Shown here: piece after piece, positions 30,447 to 39,045 of the stretch
Numbering within the stretch: position 1 is the stretch's first letter
How the letters are laid out: each line of letters starts with the position of its first letter
Assembly: GCA_049521775.1 (NCBI GenBank)
Contig: JBEKOL010000010.1
Span: 9,628-73,627 of the forward strand
Source: Syntrophales bacterium
GTDB lineage: Bacteria > Desulfobacterota > Syntrophia > Syntrophales > UBA2185
Direction of reading: 5' to 3'
DNA length: 64,000 bases
The notes under the pieces: model-generated
What the model saw: only the letters and a program-made list of their open reading frames with translations
Told to the model about the DNA's origin: nothing
Database searches by the model: none
Program-made: the position numbers and the translations under genes

Positions 30447-31319
30447 TTATTTTACTAGTCTTTTCAAAGAAAGACCCGCCGCTAGCATGGTAAACCGGGT
30501 CCAGACCACAGCCATTACCAGATACATCAATCCAACAGGATACTGATGACGGAAAAACTTGCGATAAAACCGGATCATCCCCATATGCTTGTACCACTCC
30601 ACGCGAATCGGCCGATCAGCGCCACACACTCCTTTGGTGTGAATGATCTCAACGGCAGGAACAAACAGTATCTTCCAGTCAGCCATGCGAAAACGCATGC
30701 ACCAGTCCAGATCCTCACAATGGAGAAAATACGTTTCATCCATCGGTCCAACCTGTTTTATGGCTCTACTACGGACAAACATAAACGCCCCGGAAATCGC
30801 TTCCATGGGAACAGGATGATCGGGGAGCGGTTGTCCCGCCATGTTAAGAATTCCAAATCTCGGATATTTATGAAACAATCTTGAAATCTTCAAAACTCTT
30901 ATCATGGATCGCAACGGGGTTGGAATATACCTCCGACTGCCTACCTGTTCCGAACCATCGGGATTACGAATCAGACAACCTGCTATGCCGGCATCCGGAT
31001 GAGACTCCATGACTGTCAGCATGCATTCGAGAGCATCCGGTTTAATGATACAATCCGGATTCAAGAATAGGATATAGTCACCTTTTGTCATGGGCAGAAC
31101 CTGATTGTTCGCCCTCGCGAATCCCAGGTTTTCTTTATTTTGTATGATGTGCAGGCGCGGTTCGCAACCAATCATATTTTTCAATATAGATAGACTCTCA
31201 TCTTCTGAGCCGTTATCAATAACAAAGACATTTACAGGAACAGTGGATGCCAGTGCGGATTGCACACACTTGGACAGATGCTCTCTGCTGTTAAAATTTA
31301 CAATGATAACGTCGATCAA
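30447..31319 (-). CDS. GT2 glycosyltransferase (WbbL-like)
   Basis: VIIVNFN, IDNGSED, NLGFARANN, FLNPD, SGAFMF, EDLDWC. Confidence 0.9.
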   Translation of the reverse strand: MIDVIIVNFNSREHLSKCVQSALASTVPVNVFVIDNGSEDESLSILKNMIGCEPRLHIIQNKENLGFARANNQVLPMTKGDYILFLNPDCIIKPDALECMLTVMESHPDAGIAGCLIRNPDGSEQVGSRRYIPTPLRSMIRVLKISRLFHKYPRFGILNMAGQPLPDHPVPMEAISGAFMFVRSRAIKQVGPMDETYFLHCEDLDWCMRFRMADWKILFVPAVEIIHTKGVCGADRPIRVEWYKHMGMIRFYRKFFRHQYPVGLMYLVMAVVWTRFTMLAAGLSLKRLVK

Positions 31320-31499
31320 ATTAATTCCTCTTGTAAATTACCCATGTCTTCCTCTTTTCAAGCGCTTCCTTTCATAAATGCACATCCCCCACTTACGAAA
31401 TGAAGCGCTGATCAGTTGCTGTTTCAAGTCGATGACCTTTTAACTTTTCATCCTGAGCGCCCCCCGAAATGTCATTGACGCTTATTGAGCTCCATCCTT

Positions 31500-32324
31500 T
31501 CATCCGGAAATCTGTTTCCATCCATACCTTAGCAAGGTCGTGATATCAAAAAAGACGGCTTTGTAAAAATTCATGTACTGATGCCTGATTGCGATTTCCT
31601 CCCGGTATCCGACAAATCTTCCTTCCATCGAGACGCCACGCCCGCAGCGGGCCACGATCTCGTCCCGGTACAGATGTCCTGCCCCGCGGGTGAACAACAT
31701 TAAATTCAGTTGATAGTCACCTGAAATACCAAAATATCTTTTAAATCCCGAGTATCCATCATGACCATAACGGAACTTATCAAATACGCAACGTCGATAA
31801 AATGCGCTTTGGTGATGAATGCAATTTTTATAGTAAAGTTTCTTGTCAAACCTGCTCCTGAACAATCTACCATCAGGATAAATGACATTCCCAAACACCA
31901 GGGTAATGTCATCCGATATCTTTCTATTTTGAATCATAACTTCCAACGTGTCACGCCTATAAAAAGAATCATCTGCTCCCAAAAAATAGAGCCATTCACC
32001 ACCTGCGGCATCGATACCCTTGTTCATCGCAGCATAAATACCGGCATCAGCTTCGGATACCCAGTAATCAACATCGCCATCTCTTTTTATGAGAATGTCC
32101 ACTGTTCCATCGTGGGACCCACCGTCGATGATGATGTGCTCTCTATTCGCATATGTTTGACGCTGAACCTCTTCAATGACCCTTTCGATCTCGTTTTGTG
32201 CGTTGTGAACGGCGGTAATAATACTGACTAAAGGAAGACCGGAGATAGCTTTCCTGACGCTTTCTTTTCCTCTCATTCCGCCGATCATCTTCTCATGGGT
32301 ATGCAATGCCATTCTAGTCATCAT
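31500..32324 (-). CDS. GT2 glycosyltransferase (WcaE-like)
   Basis: PLVSIIT, IDGGSHDGT, GIYAAMNKG, FLGADD. Confidence 0.9.
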   Translation of the reverse strand: MMTRMALHTHEKMIGGMRGKESVRKAISGLPLVSIITAVHNAQNEIERVIEEVQRQTYANREHIIIDGGSHDGTVDILIKRDGDVDYWVSEADAGIYAAMNKGIDAAGGEWLYFLGADDSFYRRDTLEVMIQNRKISDDITLVFGNVIYPDGRLFRSRFDKKLYYKNCIHHQSAFYRRCVFDKFRYGHDGYSGFKRYFGISGDYQLNLMLFTRGAGHLYRDEIVARCGRGVSMEGRFVGYREEIAIRHQYMNFYKAVFFDITTLLRYGWKQISG

Positions 32325-32341
32325 CTATGAAGCGATGAGTT

Positions 32342-33466
32342 TCATTCACAGGAAAAATCCAGTAATGTCCAACGCTGCTGATCAAGACATTCAATGGATA
32401 TCTCAAAAGAGGGTTTGTCCAGCAAAGGCACGTCGATGGAGAATTGCCCTTCTTTCGCCAATACAACCGTCTCATAAGCCCCATTGATCGTGGTGCGATA
32501 ACTTCGGCCATCAGGCGTCACTCGCAGGAGAATTTTCCCCAACCGACGCTTGTCATACCAGGGGAGGTGGATCGTACCTTTACCAACGACGACGGGTTCC
32601 CACCGATGAAATCCATAGAGTGTTCCATTGGTCTGATTTTCAAGATTGCGGTGTGAAATAATTCTTTTCTTCATCCGTCTTAAAGACTTTAAGAAACTAA
32701 AGGTAATTCTTTCCGCTACCGTCTTGTGTTCCTTAAAGCTTAAGTCAAAGAAATAAAAACCCGCCCACGACCAGGGCAGCCATCTATGCCCGTATTGTCT
32801 TTCGATGCGCCAAATCTCCCGGTAGCGCCCTGTGTCGCCGCTTAGCGTTTTTGTTCCCGGATAATACCGGACCGCAGCTAGCGGCTCGGGGAGATAGTGA
32901 AATATTGCCCCGGCACGGGCAAGGCGGCACCACAGGTCCCAGTCCATGGTATAAACTAGGGACGGATTCACACCTCCGACCCTCTCGTAAGCAGAGCGGC
33001 GGACGAAACAAGCTGGTTGACAGATGAAGCAGGTTCGCGTGAGATCGCTCGCATTAAATTCCTGAATAGGTGGAAAGTACGAGAGGAAAAAACCTGCTTC
33101 CGTAACGTGAATGGCGTCGCCATAGACGACGTCCAGTTTCGGGTCCGCCTCGAAACAGGCGGCCACGCGCGCCAGGGTGCTTGGGAAATAGTAATCATCG
33201 GCGTTTAACCAGCCGACTGCATCGCCTTCAATCGCCTTTATGCCTTCTTCTATGGCCGCGGCCTGGCCTGCATCCGGACCGGAACGCAGGAATGTGATGA
33301 TGTCCGAATGCGGTTCAACCGCCGCCCTAAAATTGTCGGTCGATCCGCCATCCATGATTGCCAGTTTAAACGGATTGGACTGGTGAAGCAGGCTTTCCAA
33401 GGCGCATGGAAGGAATCGGCTCTGATTGAAATTTGGAACAACGACGGAAAAGGTGATCAACGGCAA
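32342..33466 (-). CDS. GT2 glycosyltransferase with C-terminal extension
   Basis: VVVPNFNQ, DGGSTD, GQAAAI, WLNADD, MDWDLW. Confidence 0.88.
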   Translation of the reverse strand: MPLITFSVVVPNFNQSRFLPCALESLLHQSNPFKLAIMDGGSTDNFRAAVEPHSDIITFLRSGPDAGQAAAIEEGIKAIEGDAVGWLNADDYYFPSTLARVAACFEADPKLDVVYGDAIHVTEAGFFLSYFPPIQEFNASDLTRTCFICQPACFVRRSAYERVGGVNPSLVYTMDWDLWCRLARAGAIFHYLPEPLAAVRYYPGTKTLSGDTGRYREIWRIERQYGHRWLPWSWAGFYFFDLSFKEHKTVAERITFSFLKSLRRMKKRIISHRNLENQTNGTLYGFHRWEPVVVGKGTIHLPWYDKRRLGKILLRVTPDGRSYRTTINGAYETVVLAKEGQFSIDVPLLDKPSFEISIECLDQQRWTLLDFSCE

Positions 33467-33624
33467 ACCATTTAAGAATTTACGGACTTATAAAAAGCCC
33501 TGTTTGTCCTTGGACTGTCATTCCATCAAAAGTCGGGTCCCAGGTTTTTCAAGCGTTTTTCAGACCACGACGAAGCTATTAACTTAAAACTTTTCATGTC
33601 CACTTCACGCATTGAGATTATTCA

Positions 33625-34599
33625 TCATTGATTGGTCAGCTTTTTTAAGTAATCATAAACGCGACGAAATCCAACGGCCAGGTCTGTTTCCGGTCTCCAG
33701 CCTGTCTCGTGCGTCAAGCGAGAATTGTCCAGAATGTTGACTGGAACATCAAACTTTCGTGATTCAAGGTATCTTACTTCTATCGGAATTTTCAAGTCGT
33801 CCCGAATAATTGCAACAATATCGTTTAAAGAATAGCCCAAGCCGCTGGAGATATTGAAAACCTTGTACCCTCCCCGGTAATGCATCAATTTGACAATCGC
33901 GTTTGCCATATCGGTCACATACAGATAATCCCTCATGACGGTGCCGTCACCCCAGATCTCTACCGGTTTTCCTTTCAGGCACTGATCCAGAAATACACCA
34001 ATGACACCTTGGCCGATATGGAGGCGCTGACCCTCTCCATACACGTTGGCCGGTCGGCAAATGACATAATCAACCCCGTGCATCTTTGAATACATGGCGG
34101 TATATTTTTCAATGGCCAACTTGGTAATGCCATAGGAGGATATGGGATCGGTGGGATGGTCTTCGGTTATGGGGTTATTTTGCGGGATGCCATAGACGGT
34201 GCCGCCGGAGGAAATATAGATGATTTTTTTTAATCGGGTCTGGTGCAGAAGATGAAGCCAGCCTGCGTGCGCTACCACATTGGTCTGGACATCATAGGAC
34301 GGATCCTGCATGGAGGCACCTGGAACTGTTGTATGAATGAGATCGATGGCCATATCGATGTCTCTTAAAGCCCGGACAACATCTTCAGGCCTTTCGGCAT
34401 CCCCCTCTTCTATTTCAATTTTTTCTTGAATATCGGATATCAAGTCATGCGAACCGTATAGCTTGTCGAAGATCCTGACCCTATAACCTTTCCTAAGCAA
34501 CAGTCGGCTGATATGACTGCCGATAAAGCCCAGCCCTCCCATAACGAGGACGCTTCCTTTTTCATCTGTGCTTGATAATAAATTGACCGTATCACTCAT
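33625..34599 (-). CDS. NAD-dependent nucleotide-sugar epimerase/dehydratase
   Basis: GGLGFIG, SSGGTVYG, YGITK, RPANVYG. Confidence 0.9.
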   Translation of the reverse strand: MSDTVNLLSSTDEKGSVLVMGGLGFIGSHISRLLLRKGYRVRIFDKLYGSHDLISDIQEKIEIEEGDAERPEDVVRALRDIDMAIDLIHTTVPGASMQDPSYDVQTNVVAHAGWLHLLHQTRLKKIIYISSGGTVYGIPQNNPITEDHPTDPISSYGITKLAIEKYTAMYSKMHGVDYVICRPANVYGEGQRLHIGQGVIGVFLDQCLKGKPVEIWGDGTVMRDYLYVTDMANAIVKLMHYRGGYKVFNISSGLGYSLNDIVAIIRDDLKIPIEVRYLESRKFDVPVNILDNSRLTHETGWRPETDLAVGFRRVYDYLKKLTNQ

Positions 34600-37219
34600 T
34601 CCGGTATCCCTGTACAGCTTGCGAGTTAGGGGAAAATCTGACTATCCCCTCATAATATTCGATCAGGTCATCAATATACCGATCAAAGTCAAAGTCTTTT
34701 TCGGCGGACGCCCGCGCGCCCTCAGATAACTGCCGACATAAATCGGGGTTTTTCATCATCTCCTCAAGATGTGAGATCATGCCATCCTCATCATTGATAT
34801 CCACGATAAATCCGTTATAACCATTTTTTATCGCCTCCTTCTGCCCTCCCGCATCGTAAGAAATGACTGGCACCCCGCAGGCTAGGGCATTGAGACAGGT
34901 CAAGGATAAATTCTCTGCTTGCGTTGGATAGAGTAGGACGTCACATAGATTTAGGGCATTAGCCAACTCATGGGCATGCTTTAGATAGGGTAAAACAGTT
35001 ACCGAAAGCTCGGGAGGAACGGTTTCTTTCACAGAATGGCCTTGATTGCCCACAATAAGCAATTCAATCTCGCCGGGAAACTGCTTGGACAATTCCCCCA
35101 GCCTCTTAATGATGGGTAGGATGCCCTTCCTTGGATCAAGAAGGTAACTGTGAAATAAGCCTACTACAAATCGCGATGAAGCTTCCACGCCCAGCCTGAT
35201 GGCGCTACTTTTGCGTTGCAATTTTCTGTAGGTGCAAAGATCTACGCCATAGTGAATCGTCCTGCTTGGTTGGTATTTGGCAAAAGTTCCCGAATAATGA
35301 TCAGTCAATGCCCTTGTGTGGAAAAGCATATTTAACCTGGAAAAGCGAAAAAATAAATACTTAATATTCCAAAGCGTATGCGTTACATCTCTGGTGATTC
35401 CAGGATAAGTTTCATTTAATCTTGGGCACGATCCACAGCCGATCAGATATCGTTCGCAATCCATGGGGTAGGGACAATGGCCGGTGGACAGATACTGATC
35501 AACCGGTGAGATGACCAAATGCTTTGTCCGGCTCAAGAGGCCCAATAAAGGGATACTCAAATAATGAGCATGTAAATTATGAAAATGCCATATATCGGCT
35601 GATATGAGCCACTGACGTAAACGCAATAATGCAGTGGACGGGAAAAGAAAATCATTCAAACCTGTCAGCTTGGAATGGACGCGTTCAAATAATTTTTCCA
35701 ATGGCAGTGTTGGCAGCTTGTGGACAAAAAAGGGAGGATCTTTATCCCAATGCAGATTCATGACATATACACGGACATCATGTCCTTGTTCTATTAAAGC
35801 ACGGGCTGTATTATAGATGAGACGTTCACATCCAGAGCCTACATTAGCAGGATATGCTGTGAAAAAGGCAACTTTCAAAAACCGACGCTTAGTCATATGC
35901 AAATACCCTGAATTTGATAATATCTGCACCGGTTCAGGATCACTTATGGCACGACGAGGATCATTTCTTTCTGACTCTTGCCTGGTGAGATAATCCCAAG
36001 TTGGAAAGCAGGGAATGGATTGAACGGAAATAATACCTTTACCCATCGGAAGAGGTTTTGATATTAAACTTAAACTGAAATACGCAGGCCCCCAATTTTC
36101 TATGGCTGGAACAAAAGACTTATTTGATTTTAGCCGTATTACAGAGAATCTGTTACTGCTTTTTAAAGTCAAGTCGATAGAAGTTTTCTTATAAAGTTCT
36201 ACCGCATAACACGTTTCATCTACACATATATCTACACGATCAGCGCTTAAACCGGGGTAAGGACTTTCGATAATCCAATTCACATTTGAACCGACAACAT
36301 GTTTATCCAGCACATAGACAGCCTCCGGTCCTACCCACTCAAAAGATGTTCCTCCTTTCACGGAAAGAACACCATTCCTTGAATAGCGCTTCCAGATATT
36401 CCACACTTCCTCTGTGAATTTATCCGTCGTGCATCCATCATTAATCCAATGTGTGACAGGTTCCCACTGTCTTGCCCATTTGTCCCGCAGCTTTTCCAAT
36501 CCCTGCTTTGAAAACGGCCATGGTGGAATCGAAAGTGAATAGCGGTTTGCAAACTTATCTCTGGCCAATTTCATTTCTTTTATGTAGCGATTTGCGGAAG
36601 AACTCTTCTGGTTATGCATGATTCTATGAACGCCTAATATTTCCGGCAGGTAATAGGAAGCGCCCTTATAGAATAGGCGCAACCAGAGTTCATAATCCAT
36701 CGCGCCCCAAAAAGAAGGATCAATTCCCCCGACTTTTTCATAAAGCCCGCGACGAAAGAATGTTGCTTCCTGGTTTATTAGGTAGGGTGTTTCAAACAAA
36801 TCCTGCCAAGTAACGGGGATATGCGTACCTATTCCGACAGGTAAAGAATTCCCATCTGTCATAAGACAATCACCATAAAGCACGTCTATTTCCGGATTGG
36901 CGGTGAAAAAATCAGCAACTCTTCTAAATACACCAGGAGGGTATAAATCATCGGAATTGATCCAGGCGACAACATCTCCGCTACCCATTGCAAGACCCTC
37001 TGCTATAGCCGCGGACTGACCTGCATCCTGCGATGATCTCCAGTATTGTAATTTGGATTTATAGGATTTAATAATTTTCCTACTGCCATCATTGGAACCG
37101 CCATCTAAAACATAATAGGCAACGTCAATGCCATCCCCTGACTGATTCAGGACACTTTCCATCGTTTCTTTCAAGTACCTTGCCTGGTTGTATGACGGCG
37201 TTACGATATCAAACTTCAT
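34592..37219 (-). CDS. Bifunctional GT2-GT4 glycosyltransferase
   Basis: N-terminal GT2 (VTPSYNQ, WINSDD); C-terminal GT-B domain (HFHNLH, TGHCPYPMDC..GCGSCP, ALACGVPVI). Confidence 0.88.
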   Translation of the reverse strand: MKFDIVTPSYNQARYLKETMESVLNQSGDGIDVAYYVLDGGSNDGSRKIIKSYKSKLQYWRSSQDAGQSAAIAEGLAMGSGDVVAWINSDDLYPPGVFRRVADFFTANPEIDVLYGDCLMTDGNSLPVGIGTHIPVTWQDLFETPYLINQEATFFRRGLYEKVGGIDPSFWGAMDYELWLRLFYKGASYYLPEILGVHRIMHNQKSSSANRYIKEMKLARDKFANRYSLSIPPWPFSKQGLEKLRDKWARQWEPVTHWINDGCTTDKFTEEVWNIWKRYSRNGVLSVKGGTSFEWVGPEAVYVLDKHVVGSNVNWIIESPYPGLSADRVDICVDETCYAVELYKKTSIDLTLKSSNRFSVIRLKSNKSFVPAIENWGPAYFSLSLISKPLPMGKGIISVQSIPCFPTWDYLTRQESERNDPRRAISDPEPVQILSNSGYLHMTKRRFLKVAFFTAYPANVGSGCERLIYNTARALIEQGHDVRVYVMNLHWDKDPPFFVHKLPTLPLEKLFERVHSKLTGLNDFLFPSTALLRLRQWLISADIWHFHNLHAHYLSIPLLGLLSRTKHLVISPVDQYLSTGHCPYPMDCERYLIGCGSCPRLNETYPGITRDVTHTLWNIKYLFFRFSRLNMLFHTRALTDHYSGTFAKYQPSRTIHYGVDLCTYRKLQRKSSAIRLGVEASSRFVVGLFHSYLLDPRKGILPIIKRLGELSKQFPGEIELLIVGNQGHSVKETVPPELSVTVLPYLKHAHELANALNLCDVLLYPTQAENLSLTCLNALACGVPVISYDAGGQKEAIKNGYNGFIVDINDEDGMISHLEEMMKNPDLCRQLSEGARASAEKDFDFDRYIDDLIEYYEGIVRFSPNSQAVQGYRNE

Positions 37220-37276
37220 GGCCGATCACTTTATCTATGAATATCAATTCCATATATGGTCTGGCCTTGAGATAAA

Positions 37277-38203
37277 TCACCTTTTTTTCAATACCACATA
37301 GTCCTGCCAATTGATCACCGCACCTTCATCGTGTTCAAGGATTTCAAATCGATTTGCCCAATGTCTTCTTATATATTCCTTCGAAATATACGCGATACCA
37401 AAGACCTCTGAATCAAGCCCTCCTTCAGCCAGACTTTTCTGATCATAGCAATTGTAAAATGCAAAACCATCCTTCATAAACTGGTTATAGATCTCCTCAT
37501 AATTCCTTCCCTCCATACACATGGGTTGTCTGACCGTCTCCTCGTTTTTACATCTGTTTAATATGGGTTCCCCATGAAGGGTTAAAATAAGCAACCCCTC
37601 CGGTTTGAGCAGCCGGTGTAACTCGGACAACCATTCGAGGTGGAGTTTCTCTTCAAAATGGGTAAAAATAGAATAAGCATAAATGATTTCTAATGAAGCA
37701 TCAGAAAGGACAAGAGGTGGAAAGTTATTCTGGTGTAAGTAGATCACTTCGGGAAAGGCATATTTCCCCCATTTGACATTTTCAAAGAAGACTTCGGAGG
37801 CATAATATTGAGGTCCGGGCAGAAACTCTACAAAATATCTCAAAATTCTTGATGTTCCGCATCCAAAATCCAATACCTTTGCGGCATGTCTTAATGGATG
37901 TTGATGCTTCTTGGCCTTTGACGAAATCTGAATCGCATTGGTTAATCCTTCTCCCACATGATATTTCAGGCTATAATCACTATATTTCCCTAATCTGGAG
38001 ATGTCCGGAAAGGGATGTTTATGGAGTTTGTCGCGCAACTTTTCTGATTTGATGCTTCCATCGACAAACGCCCTACCGATTACTTCATCGCTTGCCGATT
38101 TAGACAACAGCTCCGGAGAAATATCTAACTCCAGAGCTTCTATGATATCACGCCAAGCATTGGCATTGACAATCCTTTCGCGCAGCGTCTCAAAGGATAT
38201 CAT
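37277..38203 (-). CDS. Class I SAM-dependent methyltransferase
   Basis: VLDFGCGTSR, YAYSIFTH, RLLKPEG. Confidence 0.88.
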   Translation of the reverse strand: MISFETLRERIVNANAWRDIIEALELDISPELLSKSASDEVIGRAFVDGSIKSEKLRDKLHKHPFPDISRLGKYSDYSLKYHVGEGLTNAIQISSKAKKHQHPLRHAAKVLDFGCGTSRILRYFVEFLPGPQYYASEVFFENVKWGKYAFPEVIYLHQNNFPPLVLSDASLEIIYAYSIFTHFEEKLHLEWLSELHRLLKPEGLLILTLHGEPILNRCKNEETVRQPMCMEGRNYEEIYNQFMKDGFAFYNCYDQKSLAEGGLDSEVFGIAYISKEYIRRHWANRFEILEHDEGAVINWQDYVVLKKR

Positions 38204-38293
38204 CGCACGTATCCTCTAAGTCTGTTCATGAGGTCAAACGGTAATTTTATAATAATTCGGCCCCGATAATTAAATTCTTGTCGATCAGGTTTT

Positions 38294-39004
38294 CTATTTT
38301 TGCAGGATGTATCCGATGGAAGTGAGGCGATGGTATTTCTTTTGATTAAATCCCCTGCCATATCCCATTTCAAGATACACCTGTGGGGGAACAAAAAAAG
38401 CATCCTCATCAATCGATATCTCTTCACGTGACCACATATGACTTATTCGATTGAGAGGCGGCATGTCTAGATAGGCAATATCATCCCGATAGTCGTAACC
38501 GGGGATGATGTCGGGATTTATGAAGTAATCAACAGTTACAATCAACAGTCCACCCGGCTTCAGAAGCCGTTTTAGTTCTGACAGGCAGGGATAGTGGGCA
38601 TGCGGCTGTTGCGGAGTTAGAATATGCTCTAATACGCTGACACACGTGATTCGGTCGAATGTATCGTCGGCAAAGGGGGCATTAAACATACTTCCATGAT
38701 GATAATTAACTTTACCCTTTAACATCTTTATCCAATCTTGAGGAATTCCATAGGTGTCTGGGTATTCCCCCTTTTCCCCCTGTAGATAGTCCAACCCATT
38801 TGCATCACACCCCATGTCACCAAGGTATCCCGGAAGAGGAGACTGACCGCATCCCGCATCGAGACATTTCAGCCCTCTGCCAAAACGACCGTTTTCCAGT
38901 ATCCATGGATATTCCCAGCAGCGGGTTACATACTGCCAATCAGCCCAAAGTCGTTTCTCGTCTATATATCGGAACATGTTGCTGACCCTGGCATAATCAA
39001 TCAT
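38294..39004 (-). CDS. Class I SAM-dependent methyltransferase
   Basis: CLDAGCG, FDRITCVSVLEH, RLLKPGG. Confidence 0.88.
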   Translation of the reverse strand: MIDYARVSNMFRYIDEKRLWADWQYVTRCWEYPWILENGRFGRGLKCLDAGCGQSPLPGYLGDMGCDANGLDYLQGEKGEYPDTYGIPQDWIKMLKGKVNYHHGSMFNAPFADDTFDRITCVSVLEHILTPQQPHAHYPCLSELKRLLKPGGLLIVTVDYFINPDIIPGYDYRDDIAYLDMPPLNRISHMWSREEISIDEDAFFVPPQVYLEMGYGRGFNQKKYHRLTSIGYILQK

Positions 39005-39045
39005 GTTATGAGCACCTCGGAATCATATCTCAACATCATTCATGT

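Noticed and set aside
31314-31345. Short ORF MGNLQEELI* as a frameshifted N-terminus of the GT2 at 31319
   Set aside because: The TTG at 31319 has its own GAGG SD and the GT2 domain is complete.
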